From a virus (Duplodnaviria; Caudoviricetes), in the IMG/VR virus record IMGVR_UViG_3300020161_002501, positions 1 through 36,464 of that record: a stretch of 36,464 nucleotides of DNA, one strand, 5' to 3'. How positions within the stretch are numbered: the first letter of the stretch is position 1; each line of letters begins with the position of its first letter. Shown piece by piece: positions 4,358-16,700 of the stretch. Below the pieces are notes generated by a model that was not told where the DNA came from, ran no database searches, and saw only the letters and a program-made list of their open reading frames with translations. Made by a program: the position numbers and the translations under genes.

Positions 4358-4510
4358 ATGGCAGCAAAGGCAAAAGGCGGACTGAATAAGCGTGAGTCTT
4401 ATATTCCTGGTCCTCCGAAGAAAACAAGGCAGGGAGCAGGCGATGGCACCAAGTATGCTGCGACGTCTCGCAACAAGGCTCGTAAACCCTATAGGGGACA
4501 GGGCAAGTAA
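4358..4510 (+). CDS. Small highly basic protein ending YRGQGK (50 aa)
   Basis: SD AGGAG upstream; MAAKAKGGLNKRESYIPGPPKKTRQGAGDGTKYAATSRNKARKPYRGQGK*. The YRGQG C-terminus recurs in small phage peptides. Confidence 0.8.
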   Translation: MAAKAKGGLNKRESYIPGPPKKTRQGAGDGTKYAATSRNKARKPYRGQGK

Positions 4511-4516
4511 TTAAAA

Positions 4517-4726
4517 ATGATACAATTAAATCCCACGATCCCAGTCATTACCCCTAAAGGTAGTGGTTGGGCGTTTTTTTTAATCGATAGATCTCAAGAG
4601 CATGACCTAGAATGGGTCGTTTTTCTCGATGAAGGAGGTATTTGTTGGACTTTTCGAAATAAAGACATTCGAATTCAAGAAAATGACACTTTTTCTCGAA
4701 AAAACATCTTGGATTTTCCGAAATAA
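4517..4726 (+). CDS. Hypothetical protein (69 aa)
   Basis: ORF track; tight packing with neighbours. Confidence 0.75.
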   Translation: MIQLNPTIPVITPKGSGWAFFLIDRSQEHDLEWVVFLDEGGICWTFRNKDIRIQENDTFSRKNILDFPK

Positions 4727-4765
4727 ATATATTTTTGCGATTTTTGTGCATTGGAACAGTTTTCG

Positions 4766-5092
4766 ATGGGTAATCACCTACTCCTAGAGGTGTATGATGT
4801 TGATTTTGAAGCGATTAACAACCTAGAAACGCTTCAAAATGCCATGATACGTGGTATTGAACGTGCAAACATGACTATTTTGAACATTTTTTCACACTGC
4901 TTCATTCCCCAAGGGTGTACAATAGTAATCGCACTTGCAGAAAGTCATGTCTCGTGTCATACTTGGCCAGAAAATGGATGTTTAGCAATAGATGTATACA
5001 CTTGCGGTGAAGGAAACCCCAAGTTAATAGCACTTGAGATGCTAAAATACCTAAATTCCGATAATTATAACTTAAGATACCTTTATCGTTAA
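4766..5092 (+). CDS. speD: S-adenosylmethionine decarboxylase proenzyme (class 1b, pyruvoyl-dependent) or a homologue
   Basis: MGNHLLLEVY...HCFIPQGCT...LAESHVSCHTWPENG...IDVYTCG contains the E-S-H self-cleavage site and the HTWPE motif. Alternative TTG start at 4751; TAAATA at 4724-4729. Confidence 0.9.
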   Translation: MGNHLLLEVYDVDFEAINNLETLQNAMIRGIERANMTILNIFSHCFIPQGCTIVIALAESHVSCHTWPENGCLAIDVYTCGEGNPKLIALEMLKYLNSDNYNLRYLYR

Positions 5093-5162
5093 ATAATGGT
5101 AGGGGAGATAGCAACCTCCTTCCAAAAAAAGTTCTGTTTTTAACAAAACAGGAGCTAAAATG
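5090..5162 (+). promoter_or_regulatory. Late-promoter-like TAAATA plus a structured leader with two hairpins
   Basis: TAAATA 5090-5095; hairpin 5098-5123 (GGGGAG/CTCCTT); hairpin CTGTTTT(5134-5140)/AAAACAG(5145-5151) overlapping the SD AGGAG. Confidence 0.5.
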
Positions 5163-5405
5163 GCAAATTTACCAGTAGATAGGGACAAAAACTACATGCA
5201 TCAAATGTGGGGAACCACAAGACTTGCTACAGATTATGGAGTTGTTGCCGAAAAAAAGAAAGTTATCCAAGAAATCATGCATGATGATGTTGAAAAAACT
5301 AAATTTAACTTATCTGAACAGTCTCACAAATCCATACGCAATGATAATGATTATGATGACTGGGATTATGGAACTGAACCTATCTACGGACGTCCTTGGT
5401 CCTAA
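5160..5405 (+). CDS. Hypothetical protein (81 aa, acidic C-terminus YDDWDYGTEP)
   Basis: ORF track; SD AGGAG at 5150-5154. Confidence 0.8.
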   Translation: MANLPVDRDKNYMHQMWGTTRLATDYGVVAEKKKVIQEIMHDDVEKTKFNLSEQSHKSIRNDNDYDDWDYGTEPIYGRPWS

Positions 5406-5413
5406 TATAAATA
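5406..5413 (+). promoter_or_regulatory. T4-type late promoter
   Basis: Exact TATAAATA, 27 nt upstream of the gp25 start. Confidence 0.8.
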
Positions 5414-5440
5414 AAAAAAAGTACATAACTTAATACGTTA

Positions 5441-5842
5441 ATGGCAATAACGAGAGTATCAAAAGGATTTAAGGATATCAGTTTGTCTTTTGACATGCAT
5501 CCGGTCACTAAAGATATTCTCGTTTTAACAAATGAAATTGCAATCAAAAAATCTATAAAAAATATCATTCAAACAATTCCATCTGAAAGATTTTTTAATC
5601 CTCTGTTTGGATCTCAAGTAAAACCTACTTTATTTGAATTTATAGATTTTGGTACTGCTTCGATATTAAAAAGTTACGTTGAACTAGCAATATCAAACTT
5701 TGAACCACGTGTTACTGATGTTGAAGTTGAAGTTACACCATATCCAGACTTAAATTCTTTTGAAATTATTGTATATTTTAGTATTATTGGTGAAAATACA
5801 CCAAAACAAACATTCACTTACATTTTAGAGGCAACTAGATAA
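5441..5842 (+). CDS. gp25: Baseplate wedge subunit, T4 gp25-like
   Basis: FKDISLSF..HPVTKD...AIKKSIKNII.T...ERFFNP.FGS...FEPRV motifs; position before gp6. Confidence 0.9.
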   Translation: MAITRVSKGFKDISLSFDMHPVTKDILVLTNEIAIKKSIKNIIQTIPSERFFNPLFGSQVKPTLFEFIDFGTASILKSYVELAISNFEPRVTDVEVEVTPYPDLNSFEIIVYFSIIGENTPKQTFTYILEATR

Positions 5843-5843
5843 A

Positions 5844-7724
5844 ATGCCTTTTACCAGATTTGCTAATCTAGATTTCGACGAAATCAGAACATCTATAAAA
5901 GATTATCTTAGATCAAATTCAAACTTCACCGATTTTGATTTTGAAGGATCTAATTTCTCGGTTTTAATAGATATTTTAGCATATAATACTTACATAACGG
6001 CATTCAATGCCAACATGGTTGTAAATGAATCGTTTTTAGATTCTGCAACAATTAGAGAAAATGTAGTTTCTTTAGCAAGAAACGTAGGTTATGTTCCTAG
6101 GTCGCGTAGATGTGCAAGAGCGACTATATCATTTAATGTCAATTTAGGAACCCCAGTTACTGCACCAACTCAACTTATTCTCAAATCAGGTTTAGTTTGT
6201 GTTGCACCAACTGATAACACTTCATACATATTTTCAATACCAGAAAATGTTATTACAACAGTTAATGCAGATTCTGCAGTAGCTTCTTTTGAAAACGTAG
6301 AAATTTATCAGGGAAATTTAATAACACAGCAGTTTGCAAATATTTCCACATCAAACTATAAATTTATTTTAAATAATGCAAATATTGACACTAGCACAAT
6401 TGTTGTTAAAGTGAATGGTGTTCAATATAAAATGATTGATAACATAACTGAAATTGATAGTACTTCTGAAATTTATTTAATTCAAGAAATAGAAGATAAT
6501 AGATATCAAGTAATATTTGGTGATGGCATTTTAGGTAAAAAATTACAAGGTGGAGCAACAGTAGATATTAGTTACATCATTACTGATGGAAAAGACGGAA
6601 ATGGTCCATCTTTATTTTCTTTTTCCGGAATTTTAACAAATAATTTAGATCAAATTCAAACTCCAGCATCACCAATTTCAATAATAACCGTATCTTCTGC
6701 TACTGGTGGTAATGATTTAGAAACAATTGATTCGATTAAATATTTTGCACCAAGACTATACTCTTCTCAATATAGAGCAGTTACTTCTGTTGATTATGAG
6801 TCAATAATTAAATATATCTATCCAGAAGCTGAGGCAGTAACTGTTATTGGTGGAGAAGTAATGGATCCTCCACAGTATGGTAATGTTTTTATAAGTATTA
6901 AACCAAAAGATTCATATAGATTATCAGATTTTACAAAGAGTGATATTCTTAAAAAAATAAAAAAATATGGAGTAATTGGAATAAATCACCAGATAATGGA
7001 TCTTAAGGTTCTTTATGTTGAAATTGACAGTTCAATCTATTATAATCCAAATAGAGTTTTAAATTCTTCAGTCTTAAAAGAAAAAATATTGACTTCATTA
7101 GAATCTTATGCAGAATCTATAAATTCTACAAAATCATCTGGAAGATTTAGATATAGTAAAGTTGTTCAATTAATTGATAACGTTGATTCTTCTATAACAT
7201 CCAATATTACTAAAGTTAAAATGAGACGTAATTTAAATTGCGTTTTAAATAATTTTGCACAATATGAATTATGTTTTGGAAATCAATTTCATAAAGAAAT
7301 TGGAAAATATAATATTAAAAGTACTGGATTTACTGTTTTAGGCGAAACTGGAACATGTTTCTTTGTTGATGTTGCGACTAATGATGATATCGGAGATTTA
7401 ACTATAGTTAAACCTCTTGAAGATTTAAAAACTTTCCAAATAGTTAAAAAATCAATAGGAACAGTTAATTATAAAACTGGTGAAATACTAATTAATACGA
7501 TCAACATTACGTCAACAAATTTAAATAATGGAGTAATAGAAGTTCAAGCATATCCAGAGTCTAACGATGTAATAGGACTAAAAGATTTATATGTTATTTT
7601 CGATGTTAATGCTAGTACAAGTAACATAAATATGCTAAGAGATACTATTGTTTCAGGTGAGCAAACTTCTGGAATTGATTTCCCAGTAACTTCAAGTTAT
7701 TCAAACGGCAAAATAACGAGGTAA
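5844..7724 (+). CDS. gp6: Baseplate wedge subunit, T4 gp6-like
   Basis: LDFDEIR...FTDFDFEGS...LAYNTY...ESFLDSA..RENVVSLAR..GY.P; FGDGILG; QYRAVT..DYE. Confidence 0.92.
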   Translation: MPFTRFANLDFDEIRTSIKDYLRSNSNFTDFDFEGSNFSVLIDILAYNTYITAFNANMVVNESFLDSATIRENVVSLARNVGYVPRSRRCARATISFNVNLGTPVTAPTQLILKSGLVCVAPTDNTSYIFSIPENVITTVNADSAVASFENVEIYQGNLITQQFANISTSNYKFILNNANIDTSTIVVKVNGVQYKMIDNITEIDSTSEIYLIQEIEDNRYQVIFGDGILGKKLQGGATVDISYIITDGKDGNGPSLFSFSGILTNNLDQIQTPASPISIITVSSATGGNDLETIDSIKYFAPRLYSSQYRAVTSVDYESIIKYIYPEAEAVTVIGGEVMDPPQYGNVFISIKPKDSYRLSDFTKSDILKKIKKYGVIGINHQIMDLKVLYVEIDSSIYYNPNRVLNSSVLKEKILTSLESYAESINSTKSSGRFRYSKVVQLIDNVDSSITSNITKVKMRRNLNCVLNNFAQYELCFGNQFHKEIGKYNIKSTGFTVLGETGTCFFVDVATNDDIGDLTIVKPLEDLKTFQIVKKSIGTVNYKTGEILINTINITSTNLNNGVIEVQAYPESNDVIGLKDLYVIFDVNASTSNINMLRDTIVSGEQTSGIDFPVTSSYSNGKITR

Positions 7725-7725
7725 T

Positions 7726-10700
7726 ATGATATCGACAAATTTTGAGAGCAGAATAAAAATAAATCAAATTATTGATAGTCAAATACCAGAATTTATTTTA
7801 GAAGAAAATCCTAAATTTCTAGAATTTTTGCGCCAATATTATGTCTCACAAGAATCTGAGGGAGCCCCTACAGATTTAATAGAAAATTTAGATCAATATT
7901 TAAATTTTGATTATTTGAACGATAAGATAGTTTCTAGTACAATTTATTTGTCGTCTAATATCACATCTAGTTCAAAATCAATTACGGTTTCATCGACAAA
8001 AGGATTTCCCAAAAAATATGGGTTATTAAAGATTGATGATGAAATAATAACTTACGAAAGTATTAATAATAATACATTTATAGGTTGTTCTCGTGGATTT
8101 TCAGCAATAACCTCATTTAATGATCCTCAAAATCCCGAAGAATTAATTTTTTCTTCCTCAAAAGCAAGTTCCCATAATTCTGGAGCAGATGTTACAAACT
8201 TAAGTTCATTATTTTTAAAAGAATTTTACAAAAAATTAAAGTATATTTTTGCTCCAGGATTTGAAGATTTTGAATTTTCTCCACAATTAAATATTAATAA
8301 TTTTATTTCAAAAATAAAATCTTTTTATCAATCGAAAGGTACAGACGAATCAATAAAAATTTTATTTAAAGTATTATATAATGAAACTCCAAAAATTATA
8401 AATCTTGAGAATTTTTTAATTAAACCTTCAGATGCGGAATATTTACGCAGAAGTGTAGTAGTATGTGATTTAATCACAAAAAATGCAGATCCCTTTAAAT
8501 TGGTCGGGCAACAAATAAAAAGTAACGATGGTACTTTTTCTGGACCAATATCGAAAGTAGATATATCAACAAAAAATAATAAAACTGTTTATAAAATTCA
8601 TTTATTTTATGGATATGGTGATGATGATTTAATTGAGGGTAATTTTGCAATTACACCAAAAACTAAAGTAACCGATTTTGTTCAAGCAGGATCTTCAACC
8701 ATTACAGTCGATTCTACCGTAGGATTTAAAAATTCTGGTAAATTTATTTGTGATGGGCAAGAAATTACATATCAGAGCAAAAGCGTTAATCAACTTTATG
8801 GATGTACTGGAATTTTAAAATCAATAAATTCAGGAAAAGATTTATACTTTAAAGACTCTGTAGTCTATGGGTATGAGAATGGAAATACTTCCAAAAAAGT
8901 AGAATTTATTGTTATCGGATCATTATATGATGTTGAAGGAATAGAAAATTTTAACTTATTAAGATCAAATGATTTAATTGATTTGGGAGAGTTTGGTAAT
9001 GATATTAGATTTGATGTGGAAAACAAATCTATTAAAGAATATGGATTTAATTCTTGGATTTATAATGTTAGATCTAGTTATGATGTCCAATATTTTAATT
9101 TAGGAAGCCCAATATTAAACACATATGAAGAAGCTCACCCCTCTAGTTTAAAGGTTAATGATACTGTTGATATTTTATTAAAAGAAACAGAAACTGCAGT
9201 TTTAACAAATGTTGTAGTAACTTCTATTTCTAAAACTCAAATAATTTTAAATACTCCAATAACTGGAATTTTACCACAACAAAAAATAGCAATAAGAAGA
9301 AAATATAATTATGCATCTAGTTCTATTGTACCATTAAAACATCAAAGTATATTAGCAAACGTACAAAATACTTATGTCTATGAAAATGACATGTATGTTG
9401 CCTCAAATTCGTTACCATCAAGACAAATAGTATTAGATATTAAGGAATCTTCAAAAACAATATCTAACGCTCAAGATGCAAATGAATTTTTTGATGGTAT
9501 TTTGGGTGGAAAGTATACTGTACTTTCTTTTACAACCGATGTTCCGTTTTTAACAGGAGATGTTATTAAATATTTCCATACAACATCCAATCCAATTAAT
9601 GGATTGCAAAATAATTCTGAATTTTATGTTGAAGTTTTACCTCAAAGAAATAAAATAAGGTTATATTCTGCAATTTCATTTTTGCCAGTACAAGATTTCT
9701 TAAGATTTGATAAAAATACTGAAATTGGTAAACATAGATTTGTTCTTGTCCAACACGCATCTCAAATTATAAGTCCAACGAATAATCTTAAAAGAATACC
9801 ATTAAACCAATCTTTTAATTTGGGTGAAGATGAAATAGTAACTGAACCAGGAGTAATAGGGGCATTAATTAATGGTGTGGATATTATAAATTATAAATCA
9901 ACGGATAAAGTTTATTATGGACCATTGGAAAAAATTGATGTTTCTAATCCTGGTTTTAATTATGACGTAATAAATCCACCAGAAGTCGTAGTCACATCAC
10001 CAAACACTGGCATTGGAACAACCGCAAAAGTAAAATTAATAGTGACTGGGGAATTCAAAGAGGTATTGGTAGATCCGCAACAATTTGGAGTTGAAAGAAT
10101 TATTTCCATTTCCGCAAAAGGTGGAAATGGCAAAAATGCGGTTTTTGAACCAATTGTCAAAAAACAATACAGGGAAATTAGTTTTAATGCCCAAACTTTA
10201 GATTTTGGCGGATCAATTGATTTTGTAAATGATTCTTTTACATTTAAAGAACCTCATGGATTAAATAATGGCCAAAAAATAGTTTATAATTCTAATGGCA
10301 ATTTGGGAATTGGTATTGGATCATTTGGGGGATCAAATTTAGATAGTGGAAAATATTTAATTAATGGTGGAATTTATTTTACAAAAGTTCTTAATTCTAA
10401 AAGTATTCAGATATTTTCAACTTCTTCAGATTTGAGTAGTGGAATTAATACTGTTGGAATAACAACAGTTAATACTTACGGAATTCATAAGTTTAGATTA
10501 TATGAACCTATTAAAGTGTTATCATATGTTAGAGTTGTTAATCCTGGTGAAGGATATTCTTATAAATCTTTAAATATCGAATCCTCTGGAATATCAACAC
10601 AAACGGGCACTATAACATTTAAAGAACATAAGTTTAATGATGGAGATTTAATTAATTATTCTTATGATCAGCAACCTATTGTTGGATTATCGTCAATAAA

Positions 10701-13700
10701 AAAATATTATGTTTTAAAGATTGATAATAACTCATTTCAATTATCTGACGGTGGTCCAATAAATGAAGATGAAACCAAATTAAGTAAATTAAATTACACT
10801 AAAAGAAATCCAATATCTATAAAATCAGTTGGTAATGGATATCACACATTTTCTTATCCAGAAATAACGGTAAAAGTAACAGCAGAATATAGTGGGATTA
10901 GTTCAGCAATACAATTAACTCCAGTGCTCAGGGGGAGTGTAACTGGTGCATACTTATATGATTCTGGATCAGACTATGGATCTACTGCACTTAATTTAAA
11001 TATTAAACCACTAATAAGCGTAAAAAAAGGTTCTGGTGCTCAACTAAAACCATTAATTTTTAATGGTAAAATAATATCTGTTCAAGTTCAAAATAAAGGA
11101 TCTAATTATAATAAATCTATAGATTTAGAAGTAATTGGTAATGGTCTAGGTTGCAAATTACGAGCAGTTGTAGTTGATGGTTTAATAGAATCTGTAGTAG
11201 TTTTAAATTCCGGGGTTGGATACGATGAAACTACAACTATTAATATATCTTCTCCCGGTCAAGGTGTTGTTTTAATCCCAACTGTAAGATCTTTAACAGT
11301 TAATGATTACTATAGATACCCTGGAGAATTTTATTTAGAAAATAAAGAAAAAACCGGATTAACTTATGGAGTAAATGGTTATTACTCTAATAGAGAAGGT
11401 GTAGAATTTGATGATCCTGACAAAAATATATTCCATTCTAGAATAATTGGATGGGCAAAAGATGGAAATCCAATATATGGACCATACGGATATACAGATC
11501 CTTTCAACTTCTCTTCGCAAGTTATTGCATTAAAAACTGGATATGAACTAAAACCATCAAAAATTAAAAATAGACCATCTTTAGATGTATTACCTGCTGG
11601 ATTTTTTATTGAAGATTATGAGTTTACTAATTCTGGAAATTTAGATGAGCATAATGGCAGATTTACTAAAACTCCCGAGTTTCCAAATGGAGTATATGCA
11701 TATTTTGCTAGTACAAAATTAGATATTGGGACAGCAGCTAAAACTGAAATAGTCCCAGAATTCCCATATTTTATTGGTAACTCTTTTAGATCTAAGCCAA
11801 CAGATAATTTTATTTTGGACCAAAACCTAGATTTAGATGATACAAAATTATTAAGAAACACTTTTCCATATAGAGTTAATAGAAAAAATTCTTCAAATTA
11901 CTTTTTACCAAAAAATTATGGTCTAAAGCAAAAATGTGAGATAAAATCTGTAGAAACAGGATCTATAGAAAATATAACGATCCAAACATCCGGAACTGGA
12001 TATAGTGTCGGTGATAGTATTATCTTTGATAATACCGATACTGGAGGATCCGGAGCTTCTGCTGCAATTTCTAATGTTTTTAATGGTGTAGATGTTGACT
12101 CAATAAAAACAACAGTTACAAAATATGATAATGTAGTATTTTTATGGGAAAATAATAATTCTATATTAGTATCTATTTTACCTTCTCATGATTTTTTAAA
12201 TCAAGACTATGTTGAAATTAGTGGTTTAAGTACATCATCGATAAAGGGATTAAATGGCAATCATCAAATAACTGTTGACGTTGGTTCTTCTATTTTATTA
12301 CGTGATTTAAGTTCAGCAAACGCAGTTGGAGTAATTACGGATATCTATTTGGATAAACCTCTACCAAATGTTAGTATTGGTAGTAGTGTGTTTATAGGAA
12401 GTGAAAAATTTATTGTTTTGAACGTTTTTGATGATAATATTTTAAGATGTCAACGCAATCAAACAGGAATATCACATACATCATCTTCAACAGTAACCGA
12501 AATACCTTCAAAGTTTAGAATAAATTTAAATACAGATAATTTTACTTCTAACGATAAATCAATAGTTTATTTTAACCCCCAACTGTCAATCGGAGTTGGA
12601 ACAGCAGATGGTCTTGATGTACTTTCTACACAATATTATGGAGATTTTATTAAAAAAGTTTCTATACCAACAAGATCATTATACTTACCGAATCATACTT
12701 TTGAAACAAATGATGTAGTTTCCTTGACGATAAGTCCTTCTGCGGGTAGTGCAACTATTACAGTTTCTAATTTACCTAATTCTAATCAGTTTTCTATTCC
12801 CGCAGAAACTAATGAGAGTATTCAATTATATGTAATTAAAAAATCAAAAGATTTTATTGGTATAGTAACTCAAGTTGGTTTAACTACAACATCCTCCGGA
12901 TTATATTTTATATCAAATGGTTCGAATAAGTATGACTATAAACTTGAAAAAGTAGAATCTTCTAATAAAGTTGTAACTGGAACTGCTGCAAAAATAAAAT
13001 CAGAAATCGTTACTTCTAATCCACATCAATTAAAAAATGGAGAAACTATCAACCTTGAAGTTATTCCAAAATTAAATTCAGGGGGAATAACCACATCATT
13101 ACCATTAAAAGTTAAATATAATGAAAATTATCATAAACTTTTAGTAGATCCGGTGTCTTTCAGTTCATCCGGTATAAACACATCAAAAAATACTATTGCG
13201 TTACCTTCTCACAAATTTTATACAGGACAAAAAGTTTTTTACAATACTACAAATTATGTTACTGGTGGAATTTCCACAGGTGTTTATTATATCCACAAAG
13301 TTGACAGTAATACTATTAATTTATGCGAAACATATTATGATTCAGTATCTTTCCCAGTTCAAGAAATAGATATAACAAATGTTGGTGGAAATGGACAAGA
13401 ATTATCTTTAGTAAATCCCCAATTAATATCAATAAAGAATAATAATCTATCTTTTAATCTTTCAGATTCTTCACTTTCTGGATATAAACTCAATATTTTT
13501 TATGATAAAAAATTCAACAAAAACTTTGTTTCTACTGGTTCAACCTCAAAATTTAATGTAGAAACTTCCGGTGTTACAGGTGTTAATGGATCTCTTACAA
13601 TTAATTATGACTCTTCCATTCCACCACTATATTACACACTAACTAAAAATGGATACTCAATATTTTCAAACGAAAATGAAAATGATTACCAAATAATTTT

Positions 13701-16700
13701 TACAGAAAGTCTATACAATAATAAAACATGTGTTGTTTCTGGCGTATCAAATACAAGTTTTTATGTTAGTTTAAATAACATACCAGAAACTTTACAATAT
13801 ACATCTGAAGAAAACGTAAGTATACGTTATTATACAAATTCAAGAAGTGTAACTGGTCCAATACGTTCGATAAAACTTTTAAGTGGTGGTTCTGGATATA
13901 CTCAACTACCAAGAATAGTAGGAGTTGATACTGCATTTTCAAAGAGAATATCCGGAAATAATGCTTTAATTTCTATACAATCAAACTCAATTGGCAAATT
14001 TAGATCAATTGATATACCTAATGATGGTTTTGATTATCCTTCAGATAAAACTTTACGGCCATCCGCAAATTTAAATACTTTGCTACTATTGACAAATAAT
14101 GAAGAAATAACAGAAATTAAAGTTGTTGATGGTGGAAAAAATTACTTATCAGCACCAAATTTTGTTTTAATTGATACATTATCAAGAAAAAAAGTTTCTC
14201 CCGGTATAATTGAACTTGGGTTAAATGGAAGTTCTGTTGGATTTGTAAAAATAATATCAAGACCAAAAGGGTTGGCATCATCTACTCATAGATTGTTTAC
14301 TCTTAATAATAGTAATGGAATTACTATTACCGGTGTAACAACCACTGTAAATGGAGTAGTCCATGCAAATGTCAGAACTCCTGCAATTTTTGGATTTACA
14401 ACTCCACCATTCGTTGCTGGTGATTATGTTTTCGTTGAAGGAGTTCAGAAAGGTCCATCAGAAGATGAATTTGGAAATATTTCTTTTCCTGGGGATGGAT
14501 TTAATTCGGAAGATCATGGATATAACTTTTTTAAAGTTGTTGATTTTATAAATGATCCTGGTAGTGCAGTATTAAAATATGACGTATCCCCATACACACT
14601 AAATCCAGGAATATCTGTAATAAGTCAAACAACGTATAGTTCAGCAATAAATGAAAAAAATTATCCTACATTTAACATAACACAGATAAAAAGCACTTTT
14701 GTTGATGGGGAAAATTTATACTTGAATGAAACCCCTACACAAATCCAAATAAAAGGTCTACTTTATAATTCAATTAATGTTTCCAAAACATCGGATTCAA
14801 TTAATAAATTTGATGTGATAAAAGGTTCTATTTCAAATTCAAAAGCTTTGGTTTCTGAGGTATTTCAATATTCTGCAAGATTTAATTACTCTTCTTTAAG
14901 TAGAGCTTCAGTTGGATGGGTCAATGATACTGGAAAACTAAATTTTGACACGCAATCTTTACCAGATAATGATTATTATCAAAACTTATCATATTCAATT
15001 AAAAGTAATATAGAATATGATAAGTTTTCTGAAGCACTTAATAAGTTAGTTCACCCTATAGGAACCAAAAATTTTGGAGAAATTGGATTTAGTTCATCTT
15101 CAAAAACCTCAATTGGAGGAACTTCTTCCCTATCTACCGTTTTAAATTTAGATAATGAAAATCGTGTCGATATAATCAAAAACTACGATTTAGTAGTTGA
15201 TTATGATGCTCTTTCGGGATCCTCTTCTAATGTTAGATTAGTTAATAAAAAATTATCGAACTATATTGAATGCAAATCAAATAGAGTTTTGCAAATAGAT
15301 GATATTAGTAATAGTTTTTCTAGCTCAGAATTCAATAAAGATGAAATTTTAGAATCAATTTCTTATGATATAGGCGAATTTTATTCTAAATTCTTAGTTC
15401 AAGTTTATAATGTTCCCCAAACTGAAACAGAACAAAAATCTTTTCAGATTTCTGATTTAGTAGTTTTAAATGATTTTAAAAATACTTATACTTTGAATAA
15501 AACTAATCTTTATACTAATTTTAGTCTTGGATCTTTTGAAGGATCTCTTAACAACGTTGGTGACCCATCATTAATATTTACTCCTTCAGATCCTTTTAAT
15601 ACTAATTACGAGTTAAAGATTTATAGAGAATATTTTACTTTACCTAATGTTACCGGATTTGGAATTACGGATTATGGATTTCTTAGATTGTTTAGTGAAG
15701 CAAGGACTGTAAAAAATCAATCTGGATTTACAACATCTGTTTTTAGATCTTTGTCAAATGATTATCATACCATACATTCTTCTTCTTTAATTATTAATAC
15801 CTCGGACTATTCTTTAAATTATTATGAAGTTGTTGGAACTTATGATGGAACTAATACCCATTTAGCAGAATTTTATTTTGATTCTTCCCAATATTTGGGT
15901 GGATTTTCTGGAGGATATATTGGTACTTTTGGTTTAACAGAAAATTCTGGCGTTTTAAGTTTAAACTTTACAAATAATACTAATGATAATCTTGTAATTA
16001 AATCAAAAACAGTTGCAATAGGAAAAACTAGTCTTGGTGAAGGTGTACATAGATTTTTAGTTGAAGATCAAATACCAGGATCAGAAAAAACTTGTAGAAT
16101 TGAAAGTGATTATTTGTATATAACTGGAATAAGTACTATTAAGACTTTTGATAGTTCTGTAGAGTCTGGATTAAAATCAATAGTAAGAGTTTCTATAGGA
16201 TCTACAGTTTCGGTATATCAAATTTTAGTAATTAGTGATCAAACATATACCAAATTGCAAAGTGATCCATTTATTACCGTGGGATCTTCTGCTGGATTGG
16301 GAACATTTTCTACAACAAGTGATGGTTCCTTAATTAACGTTATTTTCCATCCAGATCCTAACTTTAATTCGACAAGTCTTTTAGTTCAATCCATTGATCA
16401 TTTTATCTATGCAGAAACTGATGAATTTAATATTCCAGATATTTTATCATATGGACCAACACGAGAAAGATTATATGTCAATAAGTATGGTTCAATTAAT
16501 AATTTCGGAAAAGATAGATTAGATTTTGATTTAAATTGGAATAGAACTCCTATATTCGAAAAATCTTTTAATCCAAAAAATATTAAACAACTTGATACCT
16601 CAACCGGAATATTCTCTATTAGAAATCATTTCTTTGAAGATAATGAAGAACTTACATACACTCCAGGATCTACTCTTGTTGGTGTTGCTGCTTCATCTGT

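Noticed and set aside
7626-7632. ATAAATA near the end of gp6 as a late promoter for the giant gene
   Set aside because: The position is plausible, but such AT-rich heptamers occur often by chance in ~30% GC coding DNA, so I did not list it as a feature.
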